From Amoebophrya sp. A120 (Eukaryota > Protista > Dinoflagellata), in the NCBI GenBank assembly GCA_905178155.1, contig CAJINV010000001.1, positions 13,590,702 through 13,654,701 of the forward strand: DNA of 64,000 nt, written 5' to 3'. A model generated the notes under the pieces. That model had not been told where the DNA came from. It ran no database searches and was given only the letters and a program-made list of their open reading frames with translations. Position numbers and translations under genes: made by a program. Position 1 is the stretch's first letter; the number at the start of each line of letters is the position of its first letter. Shown piece by piece: positions 12,901-24,437 of the stretch.

Positions 12901-13173
12901 CGGTTTTCGATTGTGACCGTGGCAACCTCGTGGGCCATCGGGATTACCATCATCTGCATCCTGATTTGCGGATTCCTCGTCGAGCGCAAAAGCGTCAAAC
13001 TTTCAAGCACCGAGGTCACGACCTCATCGTCGACTGCTGCGACCAGTACTACCGTGTCAACTGGAACGGGGAGCGCGCAAACATCCTCCTTGGAGGAACG
13101 GAACTGGTGGTGGCAGCCGAGCTCGCAGAACCCCCGATTACGAGGACGGGTGCTTATCCCCGTGAGAAAATAA
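9971..13173 (+). CDS. Family member 5 (MGNSN; 5 exons; WMFQ repeats; TM; SSLEE; PRLRG)
   Basis: ATG at 9971, a GT-AG intron at 10095..10442, then three inverted-repeat inserts. Their removal gives the in-frame junctions EGSAPSKAA, LGQMAAGA and GSKAMSRG. Confidence 0.75.
10876..11231. mobile_element. TAT...ATA inverted-repeat intron (introner-like)
   Basis: 32-bp TIR tatcctgagtaaaaac[g/a]tacccacaccagagt with 1 mismatch. Perfect 5-bp direct repeat AGCGC at 10871..10875 and 11232..11236. The internal GT10884..AG11227 pair would give a stop codon. Confidence 0.9.
11317..11621. mobile_element. TAT...ATA inverted-repeat intron (introner-like)
   Basis: Imperfect TIR of about 50-80 bp (tatcaa.aggaaaa.t.ccc...aaaacgaaa..tgtgat). 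Perfect direct repeat ACAGA at 11312..11316 and 11622..11626. Confidence 0.88.
11982..12366. mobile_element. TAT...ATA inverted-repeat intron (introner-like)
   Basis: Termini tatgga...tccata with a degenerate TIR (gtcag..gggaaat). Flanks TCCAA/TCTAA. Removal restores the frame. Confidence 0.8.
12469..12770 (+). repeat. Coding repeat, 4 x (G)D[TA][ED]AHWMF
   Basis: GDTEAHWMFQNGQQRP, GDTEAHWMFQQGQRP, DADAHWMFQEGQQRP and EDTEAHWMFLQQQ in the 12313 ORF. Confidence 0.9.
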
Positions 13174-14525
13174 CAGGTGTTCCACTTTGCAAGCCGGCTT
13201 TGATCATATTTATTGTGCTGCTGCTCCTGGGCTAGAAGATTAGTTCTGGATGGATATTTTCTCTTAGCAGTAGCACAAAATATAATCTTCAAATTCCTTT
13301 TGCAGCAGTTGTGCATATTCAATGTTTTGCAGCACCCTTTATCGATTAACAAAGGTTAATTTTAAGTATGGCAAAAAATTCTGCACGGCGCTGCTTCAGT
13401 CTGTCGTGAATTTTGGACAACAGGGTCGGCTTTTGAAAGTCGCGCGTTTGACAAGGAGGCAACACCGGTTTTCCCACACGATGAGTGGCAAATCAGCGAC
13501 AGCACCTGCAGCAGCGGTGACGACGTCCGATGGGGAGTCAGAACTGGCAGAGGACGACGATCAGGAGTAGGTTTGAGATTTTAAACGTTTCTGTTTTTTT
13601 TACCTTCAACACTGTCGACGTAAACGTATTATATGATGAAGTGCCATATCAAAATCAATTAATCTTCACAAAAATTCTTGACAAAAAATTTTACTCATTT
13701 ATCATCTTAAGGAGCGCAAGCTCTAGCCGTGTCGCGCATGTATTTCACGATCTCTGAAGTCATTCATTTAATTTTGCTTCAACAACAAGTACACTAGCAC
13801 TAGACACAGTAGCAAGATTTGAAATTGTCCAACGCTCGTGCTTCCGGGAGCCTATCAGGCCTGGGAGCTAGTTGTCGTAGCTTTTTCATGGATGTGTAAC
13901 TTCACGATTATTGGGAAAGACTAAGACAGCACGGAGATTGCGCTATCCTCCTGTGTCTGTCTCTGTGGCGATGGCGTACTGATCGACTTCGTAAGTATTC
14001 TGCACAGGAAAGGCTTTTGCAGTGATGTCGGTAGCTCGTCTTCGTCTGATTCTCTGACGTACCGTCGGTCTGCACCCGTTCTACTGAAGATTGATTCGTC
14101 GAAAATTTCCTTCACTATTTCGCAACGGATTTCGGTCGAGAGACAGTACACCTGTCGGTGCTCCCCGTTTCGTGAGTCGATATTCTATTACAGCTGCTTG
14201 TGTATCTTCGTCGGTTTACCAGAAGCTTGAGCTTCCAGGTTCGGTGCGCCCAGTAAAGGCTCGGAAAAGTTTTCGCTTTTGGTTGTACTATAACGGTTGT
14301 CAGGTTTTCCTCGGTATCAATGTGTTGCATCTTCATTTCGTCGAAGTTTTCGATAGCTCGACGCTCGAGGAGTACCACTCAAATTTTGCAATCTACAAGC
14401 ACGACAGGCTTTCCCCCGAGCCTATTCTTTACATACTCCCACATTTTCAAGATCTGAGAATTACGTACAAACATTCCTACGTGTATTTCATCAAATAATT
14501 GCTGAAGCTAATCTACCGAAAATTT

Positions 14526-16172
14526 GATACTGTAAAAATATTGGGTTTTAAGTTTAAGAATTAATTAATTCGTCCCCGGACTGTGTGTGTCGGGGCCGGC
14601 GAAAGTTCCACGACCTGGTAAGCTTTTTGATATTTGATCATTAGAATTGAAAACTTCGCCATACACGATGCCTGCGCATTTAGTTTTTTTTCACACATGT
14701 TTTCCCACGGACGAATTAATTTTCGATAGAACAAGGAGTGGCACGATACAGACACACAGGTGACTCAGAGACAGACACCCACACAAGATCCGTCGCGCAA
14801 TCATTTGTCGACATACATGACGAACGGAGTTAATTTTTTCCTCATACACACACTCCGGGAATTAATTAATTAACTTAGAAACTTAGAATCTAAGTAAATT
14901 AATTAATTCCGGGACTGTGTGTGTGAAAAGTCAGTCTAGCCTCTTGGCGTTGTTTGCATACCCCGCTTGTAGCCACTACGCCCGCGCGGGCGCGCAGGCG
15001 ATTGACGAGCGCCCGCCTGCGCACAGTACAGCGAAAAGCATGTCTGTGCGTGAAAGCTACAAAGGCCCGCACTTTACTAAGTAATTCCAAAAATGCCGCG
15101 CGCCGTCGACGTCATTCGCGTCGCATTGGGCCGATGCGGCCACCTCGTTCTATTCCTGCCGTGCACACTCGTCCACGGCAGCCCAGAGACATCCTGCGAG
15201 CGCGCGCCAGCCCGCCTTCTCCGCGCGCGCGCGCGCGACGCAGGCCATCTGCCCGCGCGCGCACACAGGCTCGACCTCCTGTGTGTGCGCGCGGGCTATT
15301 CGCCCTGCGTGCGCGGCCCCAACCTTCTGCGCGTCTGCGCGCGCGCGAGCCCACCGCCTGCGAGCGCGCGCGGTACAGGAAGATTTCTGCGCACCCGGAG
15401 AGCATGAGGATGGTTGCGCGCGCGCGCGCGCGGTGCACAGGACACGGCGACGGTTGCGAGCGCGCGGGGCATGTGGATGTCTGCATGCGCGCGCGCGCGA
15501 TTGAGATTGCGCACTCGCACAGGGCATGAGGCTGTCTGCGCGTCCGCGCGCGCGATTGCGTGCGCGCACAGGACATGAAGATAAAGGCCGCAAGTGGGTG
15601 CGCGCGCGCGCGCGCGAAAGACCTAAAATTCTGCGCCCGTGCTCACACACACAAAAATCTGAGTGCGCCCGCAAAACTCACAGCCGTACGCGTTGGTTTT
15701 TGGGCCCGGCTCGGCCACACGAAAACGCGCCGCGTCATTGTGCCTGGCGCGCTGAAAATGGGCGCCGAAGCTGCCAGTGCTCGCCCTGAAGCTGAACACA
15801 GAGGGCCCCTGAATTAATTAATTAACTTAGAAACTAAGTTTCTAAGAAAATTAATTAATTCCCGGATAACCTGTGTCCAGGGAAATAATGCCGTGGTCCG
15901 TGTGTGTATTGGATAAAGTGAGCGGCCACTGCCCTCATGTGTGGCCCGAAATTGCCCGCGCCGTCCTCCCCTGTGGCCATGAAAATTAAACTCCCCGACC
16001 ATGTATATCAAACATTTTCCGTCCCGCCGCCGTCGTCTGTCGCCGAGAATCCACATCTGCGCCGCGCTCTCCGAATCCGCTCCGACACCACATGGAGACG
16101 CCGGCCCCGACACACACAGTCCGGGGACGAATTAATTAATTCTTAAACTTAAAACCCAATATTTTTACAGCC
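14526..16172. mobile_element. Non-autonomous TIR DNA transposon (MITE-like) with (CG)n-rich core
   Basis: Perfect 72-bp TIR at 14530..14601 and 16099..16170. Direct repeat ccgaaaattt at 14516..14525 and 16173..16182 (8-10 bp depending on where the ends are placed). No credible transposase ORF. Confidence 0.88.
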
Positions 16173-16425
16173 CCGAAAATTTTGTTTTAAGTCCTTCACG
16201 ACAGAAAATTTGAAAGGTTTATTGTATGTATCAAGTCGTATCAACTACATTCCAATTCGTATTCGATTCAAGACGAAAACGAACGCAAACAAAGCATCCC
16301 GACTTACGATACGAGAGTTTTGCATCTCTGTTGACACTACAACGTCGCACACTAAACTTTTTTGCCATTTGAAGCTTTCTAGGTCTTGCTCCTGATGTTC
16401 GGATTCAATATTGCCCCCTAGCACG

Positions 16426-19252
16426 ATGGGAAATACCGAATCAAGTGGTGGAACAGCGCCGGCAGGCCGAATTCGTGGCTCCTCACGACGGGGAGATGAT
16501 CTTCAGCGGAAGAAGCAGGTGCGTGCCGACGGCGAAGCGGGTGCGTTTTCCGTGCTTATGCAACCCAATCGCGCGGAGGGCTCCAGTACAGACGAGAACA
16601 ACAGCACCAGCGCGTCCCGAATCCGGCGAGGCCACGAGGGGGAGAACACGACGTCCCAACGCAAGGACACCCCGGGCAGCTACGCCCATGACGCCCAGAT
16701 TCCGGTGCCGTCCGACGGGACCACGGAGGCCGGGACCGGGTCCGCGGAGCGTGCCCGCAGCCTGCAATTGGGATCCGCCACGGCGCAGGATCTGCAGAGG
16801 ACCTCGTTCGGGTCCGTAGATCTGCAGAACCGGTCCGCCGACGTGCAAACGCTCGCCCAACGCACGATTCAATTGATGGCCGAGGCCAATCAATCGGGGA
16901 AGACCAATGCTTCCGCGGCGACCACCGGAGGAATGGATCAGATCCTGGTCCAGCCGCCACTTCGAAATACGGCGGCGATCCAGCAATCCAACCCTGCTGT
17001 ATCGGCGAAGAAATCGTACACGGGGAATGATTCCGGCACAGCCGGGGGCCGGCAGTCCACCTCCTTAGCCAAACAAGGAAGCGCGGACCAGCCGAAACAA
17101 GGAAGTGGGGATCGCCGAAGCTTTCTTCCGAGCAGGATCACGGCAACCGGAACTTCTACCCAGCAGGCCGGACCGGCACCTGCGGGTAGTGCCCAACAAC
17201 AAGCCTCCCATCCGCACCAGACCCTTGCGGACTTGGCCCGAGCAGGCGGTGGTTCCGTGCCCGCCCAGAGCCAACCGATGAGCCTCGGCCCGAGCCAAGC
17301 GACAGGCTTCGGCCAGACGAGTCAAGCGACAGGCTTCGGCCAGAGCCAACCGACAGGCCACGGCCCGAGCCAACCGACAGGCTTCGGCCAGAGCCAGCCA
17401 GGAGCTTTTGGTGCCACCATCGCACCGGGGCAACAGTCTTCCGCGCAGAGCCGGACACCATCGCACCTGGACCAGAGCCGGACAGTGCCGTTTCAGGCGG
17501 CCTCGGCTCGCACCGACCAGCCGTCGGAAATCGTCCAGACACAAGGCACCGCCGACCGATCGACGAGGCGCGTGGTTCGCAAAACCCGAGTCACCACACA
17601 TAGGCGTGGGAAAAAGTTGCTGCTCAAACAGGTGGACTGGTTAGTCCTCTATTATTCTGAAGTAGTCACTTCGTACAAAGACAAACGAGCGAAATCTGAA
17701 GAGCCTACTTATCTCGTGGCGTCTTCTTATGAGAAGTTCTTGGTTTACTACGATTTTTATCGTCAACTGACAGCACGACCCGCGCCTTTGACATAGACAG
17801 AATTTTTCTGCAGATAATGCCGGTGCAGGCTGTTGGACCGATGTAATAGTGCGGTTTGTAAAAAAACTTGTATGCGCACAAAAGCAAAACAATTGTACTA
17901 TTGAACTTGGGATGTTGCAGCTGAAAACAAAGAACTAGTTTTTGTTGCCCTGTACAGAGCAGCAACTATTGCCCAGGATAAGGAAAGGCAGGTCGATTCT
18001 GACAAATCAAGATTTTGGCGAGGCGCAAACCACGGGCGTTGGCCACACGTACGGGAGTTCGCCGTACGGAGGGGGTCGGCCAGACGAACAGCCGTTGCTG
18101 GGGCAGTCGTTTCTGCCGGGACAATACCAGAACGTGACGGCGGGCGGAGATGGTGAAGCGTACTCCATGGCAGCGGGCGAGGATCCGAACCTGTGCTGCA
18201 CGTGCGGTTATTTGAAGTGCTCTCGCACGATGGTTTATGCAACAGAAAAGGAATGGACGTCGACGCCGCTCAAGTCGTCGTCACAGGCACGGCTCGTTTA
18301 ACTTGTGTGGAGTGTCTGTATGTTGACATAATTAAAAGATGGTCCTTGCGTGTCTACTAGGGGCACAAATTAGAAATCCATCTCCACAAACCACACGACC
18401 ACTTTCTGAGAAATCACAGAGATCTGGGAATAACAAACCAAAAAACAAGAAGACTTTGCATGTTTGTTCCTCTGACGACGGACAACAACGACGTTCACAT
18501 GATCCTTATCTGTTGCATAGTCTCATCGTCACCGTAGTGCTAGGGGTGTTGGTGCTGATTTCGGCCGCAGTGATTTTGGCCGTCTGCCTGAGGAAGAAGA
18601 GCACAAAGGTTGAAATATCAGAAATGAAGAACTCATTCGCAGTGGTGTACCTGACTTCAGCATCATAACTTCTGAGCCTGTGGCTTTCTCCGGTTCCTGT
18701 GCATTTTTGGCAGTCAATTTGCCTTACTCCGAGGTAGGTTCGGGGGAGATGTAAAAATGTATAGAGATTTCGTTTATATTCCCACCTTGTGGCGGCGTTA
18801 CTGTTCCTGCTATGGTACAACTACGAAATGGGTTCTTTTCTGCAGCATAAACTACTTCGCACTACTACAACCAGTACACGATCGACAACGGTCAAGACGC
18901 TGCTGCCGCCGCTGCTGCCCCTGCGCAGTCGCCCCAGATCACGATTAGCGTTCTGCAACCCGAGGTATTCCCCTGGGAACAAACACCGGTTGGAAGTGGG
19001 GAACTACCCAGGAGCGGGCAAGCGGGTGCGTCCGCGGCGGCCGGGCCTCCCGCGGCTCAATTGCCCGCGGCGGCGGGATCTTTTCTGGAACATGACGACC
19101 ACAGCTCCATTTCCTCGGAAGATGCGTTGCACGTGGCGCACACGGCTGGCAAGCAGGTAAGAAACTGGTCGCAGTCCTCCATGCTCAACCCGAACGGCGA
19201 AGCGGGAGGCAAAAAACCGCGCCGCACCAAAAACTTGCGCGGGAGGTCGTGA
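16426..19252 (+). CDS. Family member 6 (MGNTES; GFGQSQ repeats; Cys cluster; TM; GSFLE; NLRG)
   Basis: Exons are joined across inverted-repeat inserts 17601..17980, 18236..18519 and 18616..18849. TM is IVTVVLGVLVLISAAVILAVCL. The final exon ends AAAGSFLEHDD...KNLRGRS*. The last junction is uncertain. Confidence 0.65.
17265..17410 (+). repeat. Coding tandem repeat SQ[PA]TG[FH]G[QP]
   Basis: About five copies of a 24-27 nt unit (agccaa[c/g]cgacaggcttcggccag). Confidence 0.85.
17601..17980. mobile_element. TAG...ATA inverted-repeat intron, degenerate
   Basis: Left end taggcgtgggaaaaagttgctgctcaaacagg; reverse complement of right end tatcctgggcaatagttgctgctctgtacagg. Flanks ACACA/AGGAA. Removing the insert plus 5 nt gives in-frame VTTQGRSIL. 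Confidence 0.6.
18236..18519. mobile_element. TAT...ATA inverted-repeat intron (introner-like)
   Basis: TIR tatgcaacaga[a/t]aagga plus further degenerate pairing. Flanks TGGTT/GTCTC. Removing the insert plus 5 nt gives RTMVIVTVV. The nearest GT-AG pair is out of frame. Confidence 0.8.
18616..18849. mobile_element. TAT...ATA inverted-repeat intron, degenerate; junction unresolved
   Basis: Left end tatcagaaatgaagaactcattcgcagtggtgtacc; reverse complement of right end tatgctgcagaaaagaacccatttcgtagttgtacc. Reaching the SFLE frame needs removal of +1 or +4 nt, not +5. Confidence 0.55.
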
Positions 19253-20324
19253 AGGAAAAAACAAACAAAATTGAGGTGATACAAAATCGAGATGTTTTTA
19301 TTATGGATTTATTATTGAACAATTGATTTTCACAAGCTTTTCACATCGATTCTCATTTTCATTGTTTTATTTTTACATTATTCCATACTACCATGTCCAT
19401 GTCATCCGAACAGATTGTTTTATCGCTCATCTGAAGATAATGAGGAGCGGATGCATTACTTTCATTTTTTCTCTTCTATTCCACCATAGAATAATACGAT
19501 ACGGTTATCTTTTTCTGTCGAACTCACTCCTACATCTCGATTATCACGAATCATGCCGTCTGTATCAGTAAGAAAAGCAAAACGAAGTATTTTGCTTTTG
19601 AGTTTCATTTGAGGCGTGCTTGATGAAACAAACATTTTCAGTATGATTCACAGTCGGGATTTCGGGAGCGTAAAATGTACTTACAGGTGGATACCGTTGC
19701 AGCTTTTCAACACTTAGCTTCAAGTGCTTTTTTTCTACTGTTCCACCGAGATAGCGCCTATAGAGTACGCACTGAAATCGGTTATATCCATGGCAAAGGT
19801 TTCGGTTCGTGCTTGGAGAAAACCGTTTTGGACCTTCTGCTCTCTCTGTTCGGTCAATTGCAATTCTGATCGGAATGCCTTGTCGTGTACGTTTCAAAAA
19901 CGTGTCTTTCGTCTTTTGCTGCCCTTCAGCATGAACTCGGTTTTCGTGCAAGCGTTCTGTGGATATGAGTATTTGATTTCTGGCTGAAGCGTCGTCAACG
20001 TACAACGTGATAATTTCGTCCTCTGATGTTGTCAGGATTCTAGTTCTGAAGAGGATCTAATCTTCTTCCCGTGTGTCGCTTCCATTTTCCCATTCTTTCA
20101 GCTTCACTTGACAGGATGTGCTTCACACACAAAAATAGAAGAATTGCGTCCCCCTAATGTCATAGTAAGTAGTCGTGTGAACAACTGGATCTTGGGCCCT
20201 TTTTCTCCCGCTCTTCTAGTCCAGATGAATCAAGTAGTGCAAGATTTTCTCCATCTAAAAACTACTCCGTCATTTCTTTGACAACAATTTTTGAAGCAAA
20301 GTTTCTTCTTTGATCCCCCAAGAA

Positions 20325-21941
20325 ATGGGTGGCAGACAGTCCGTTCCGAAGAAGGATATGGAAGAGGGGAAAACCACGTCGTCTTCTGAGGAGGATGGCC
20401 AGCTGGCGAAGGAGCAGGCGGCGCGCGCGCGTGCGGAGGGCGAGACGGCGCGTTTCGGCGCAGGGCATAATAAGGAATATCCGGATTCCGCCGCGCTTCG
20501 GCAGCCTCTGTCCGACACTCTGCAGCCAATAACGTACGCATTTTCACCCAGCCACTCGGAGGGGGAATCGACTCCGGGCGGAGCAGCATCCCCGAAACAC
20601 AGCAAGTTGATTTACAGTGGCGTATTTGATGGAATGAGCGGGCTCAGCGGACCGGTTTCGTTCGACGCCAGTGTCGCCCCCAGGATGAGTGTCGCGCGGG
20701 ACACGTACACCGTAGTCAAAGACCCAAATCGGCGTCGTCGAAGTAGCAGCGGCCGGCGGCGGAAGAGTGCAACCTCTACTCCGGCTAGTACATCCAGACC
20801 CGCGAGCAGACCCAGTATCCTGGGCCGCGCCGCCGAGTCACCAGCGGGTCCTTCCGCCGGACGGCCGAGCAAAGGGTCGTCCCCGCCACGGAAGACCGCA
20901 ACTGCCGGCTCCGTTGCCACGTCGCCACCACCCCCCTCGCCGTCCCCACCGACCGGAAGGGCCACCTCCGGCTCACCGGCGCGGCGAACCGGAGTTATGG
21001 CGGGTAGTGCGCCACAACTGCAACAGCCGGAAAGAAAGTCGTCGCTGAGACGGACCCTCGACGAGGTCGCGAGGGAGAAAGAGGCAGCTCTGGCCCCATC
21101 GACGTGGCTCAGACGGACACAGGACGAACTTGCGAGGGATAAGGAAAGTCGGGCCGCGGGCCCGTCGCAAGCACAGAAACCATCGACCTATCTGAGTCCG
21201 CGAACAACGGGCGGCGATTCCAGCAGTTCCAGACAGCGCGGGCGCTCCCTCGTGAAATCCTCGGCCTCAGATTCCTCGAGGAGTAGAGCGGGCGAGATGC
21301 AGGTGTCCGGCGCGACGAGAACAAAAGATACGGCCGCTTTGAATCCAAATGTGAGTACGACAAGCTCAGCCCCGGCGACCAAGGCCACAACCCACATGAG
21401 CCCCCGGTCGCCACGGTCCGCCTACGAGCCCGGCACAGTCTGGACCGGCGTCCTGCAGTCCGACAGAAGTGGCTCTACTCCTTTGCGGTCGAATAACAAG
21501 ACGCTGGAGAAGATCGCCGCCGCGGGAGGCGGCGCTAGTTCGCGGCGAAGCGCGTCGGCGGGGAGACGACCACAAGGGCAGCTCAGTTACCATCGACGGC
21601 AGGACGAGTTCGACCCGTCCACGTCCAACTCGGAGCTGGAACCGGCACAGAAGTCTTCCCGAACTACCAGCCTTCTGCACTCGAGAGGCTGCGCGCTCTG
21701 CCTTGCAGTGTCCATCGGCGTTCTGGGCGTCGCGATTGTCATAACCTTGATTGTGTACTGTTGCATTTTGGAAGATACCGTGGATGAAGCCAAGGAGGCG
21801 ATGCGCGCGGGGCAGGAGAACCAGGTCGCTACGGGCAGAAAATTCATGGCGGCGCGGACGGGAAACAGAGGGGACCAGGGGAACATACCGGTTTCCGCAC
21901 TGCAACTAGATCCGGCAGGTGACGTGAAGCAACACCCATGA
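20325..21941 (+). CDS. Family member 7 (MGGRQS; S/R/P-rich; TM then YCC; SALQ)
   Basis: Single ORF. TM is ALCLAVSIGVLGVAIVITLIVYCCIL; tail is VSALQLDP. It lacks RLRG. Confidence 0.7.
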   Translation: MGGRQSVPKKDMEEGKTTSSSEEDGQLAKEQAARARAEGETARFGAGHNKEYPDSAALRQPLSDTLQPITYAFSPSHSEGESTPGGAASPKHSKLIYSGVFDGMSGLSGPVSFDASVAPRMSVARDTYTVVKDPNRRRRSSSGRRRKSATSTPASTSRPASRPSILGRAAESPAGPSAGRPSKGSSPPRKTATAGSVATSPPPPSPSPPTGRATSGSPARRTGVMAGSAPQLQQPERKSSLRRTLDEVAREKEAALAPSTWLRRTQDELARDKESRAAGPSQAQKPSTYLSPRTTGGDSSSSRQRGRSLVKSSASDSSRSRAGEMQVSGATRTKDTAALNPNVSTTSSAPATKATTHMSPRSPRSAYEPGTVWTGVLQSDRSGSTPLRSNNKTLEKIAAAGGGASSRRSASAGRRPQGQLSYHRRQDEFDPSTSNSELEPAQKSSRTTSLLHSRGCALCLAVSIGVLGVAIVITLIVYCCILEDTVDEAKEAMRAGQENQVATGRKFMAARTGNRGDQGNIPVSALQLDPAGDVKQHP

Positions 21942-23061
21942 CGAGAAAAACCTGATGTTAATATCCGTCGAAGCTGCGACTTTGTGAAGAGTCACAGCTG
22001 TAGTAAGTTGCTACCGAGTTGTAATATACGTGAATTGCCTGCTGCTCCTTAGCGATTGAAACTTCTTTTAAATCACACTGGATCGGAGAATGGTATAGAC
22101 CGCATGTGTGGAGCTCATTTTTGCTGGCTCTACCTACATAGTGTATCTTCAGCGAGAAAAACAACGAGTAGACGCTTTTCAAGGTATATTTCTGCGTTGA
22201 TAATCGTAAGAACACCAAGAACGAGTGCTGTATCCATTTCTCCAATTCAGTCGAAGTTCGTATAGCAATTTAGGCTGTTTTAGCAAAAAGACTACAATAC
22301 TTTATGTTCAATCACCTCTCAATTTCCACCCCATTCTTGAAGATACCAAACATGTGTCTACTTTGTCGTAACTCAAACTGTATCGTATTCACCATGTCTT
22401 TGTCATCCAAAAAAGGCTTTTTTGCACCCTAGCGGGTACCTGGGTGTCTCGCACACCGCATATTTTGTTCACCATTCGGTTCTCCTTAGACAAGATTCGA
22501 ATCCGATCAGACTGAAGAAGCAAAGTCTCTTTTATCTGTGCTTCAAGTCGGAACAAGCCTGTGCCTCGCAAACGACAAACACGCACGCACATGTTCAGAG
22601 TTTACGAAGCAGCTACTAGGTCTAGGTCACAATTTGCTCCTGGAGTAAGGGTACGTATCTAAGTATTTATTTCACCCGCTGCTGCGGACAAACGGCAGCA
22701 CTCCCATGTCCACTACCACTTCGCTTTACCAGCTGACTGGTATAACTCTCAGATCGGAAAAGGCACCTTCACAGAGCAAAAAACTCGGCCTGGCACGTCC
22801 AGCGTGAGACGCTGATGCTGGAAGGAGGAAGCGGAACGAGGAAACGCGTTTCTGGTGCGAGGACAGAATTTGCGAGCAGTTGCCCTGTCGTTGTGTACGG
22901 AGCCTCCAGTTTACCATTGACTCACTCTGGGATCGGGTGGTTTTAAGTACTTCGGAACGCACGTGAGCACGGCAGTGGACTACAACTCCACGAAATTGGA
23001 ACTCCAAAGAGTCGCTCTTGCTGTTTCTCGATATTGAAAACGAATCGACGTTGCAGAAACC

Positions 23062-24437
23062 ATGGGAGCAATCGATCGGACGGAGGAGTTCCAGAAAATT
23101 CTGGAGGGCATGGGTGTCAATGTTGCAATCGGGAAAGGTATAATTAACTCTAGGTGTCATTGTCCAGGTAGGTTTTCAACATCTCGTGGCGGACTAAAGT
23201 GAGTGTGCATTATTTGCACGTTTTTTGAACGAAAAAATGAAAAATATGCAAAAAGACAAAAACTTTAAAGCAAAAATTACGTACACAACAGCAACCTCGA
23301 GCAGCAGCGACAACCGCATGCCGAACGCGATCTACATGGCAAGCAGTGAAATTGGTCGGGATATCCAACTGATGCAGAACCAAATAGACGAGCTGCGAAA
23401 AGTCGCGAAAAAGAAAAACATTTTTGACGACAAGAGCTCGAAAAGCGACCAGCTCATCGTGTCAATAAAACAGGTAAAAGTCGAAATGTGATTCGCATGC
23501 GTGATGTACAATTGGTGAATAATCTGGGCAAGCTGTGTTGATCTTACTCAATATCATCCGCCTAAGTATCTATTCTTCCCCGACTAGAATGAAAAAAAAT
23601 CAAGATCAAAAACCTCAAAACTACAGATGTGCGAGCAAGTAGAGCAGAAGATTCAGCGACTGGACAGTCAGACTGCCGGCATCGTGCGCGGAATCGGCAA
23701 ACAGGCTGGCGAGGCGGCCAAGAATGCGGTAGAAGCGCTGAAACTCCGACACAAGGACATCACGCTCGACTTCTACCGCGTTTGCGAGGAGCGAAACCGG
23801 GCCGCCATGGCCATGCAGAAGCAGCGGGACCAATACAGTATGCGGCCTCCGGCGAAGCCGATCCGCGGCGCGGATTTGTTCGAGCCCGGAACGAGTGCCA
23901 CCGAGATGAGCACCATGGGCGAACGCGACGGTCTGATGCGCGCGGGGCAGACGCAAATAGACCCTGGCTACACCGACAGTCGGGCGGAAGCCATGCAAAC
24001 CGTGCAGCGTGCGATCGCGGACGTTGGTACTTACATTAGATTGATAACTCCACTCGGACGAGTGTGTAGTGGCTGTAGTTGAAGGAATTGCTTTCATACA
24101 GCATGCTCGCAGCAGCCCTCCATGGCTGCTAGCCGTTATGTTTGCTTATTTTGCATTTTCTTTGTCACGGACTTGCAACGAATGAAATCTGGTACTCGGC
24201 GTTGCTTACTTAACTACAGGTCAAATGTTTAAGCGCATGCGGGACCTTATCAACGAGCAGGAGTATGCAGTGATGAGAATAGACCAGGACGTCACTGACA
24301 CCCAGGACAACTTGGATCAGGCGGAGCGGTCGCTGCTGCAATACTTAGACAGCATAAGCTCCAATCGCATGCTGATCCTGAAGGTGTTTGGCATCATCAT
24401 CGCCTTTATCATCATCTTCATTGTCTTCCTATCATAG
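23062..24437 (+). CDS. STX5: Syntaxin-5 / Sed5 (Qa-SNARE)
   Basis: MGAIDRTEEF, AKKKNIFDD, SNARE SRAEAMQTVQRAIADVGQMFKRMRDLINEQEYAVMRID, then SNRMLILKVF and a C-terminal TM. GT-AG introns at 23138..23291, 23474..23626 and 24027..24219. Confidence 0.88.

Noticed and set aside
14954-15817. R/A-rich ORFs inside the TIR element as a transposase
   Set aside because: They are products of (CG)n runs in all frames, with no DDE motifs.
304-19250. RLRG as an oomycete RxLR or Plasmodium PEXEL export motif
   Set aside because: The consensus is P-R-L-R-G, not R-x-L-R or R-x-L-x-E/Q/D, and it follows a C-terminal TM, not a signal peptide.
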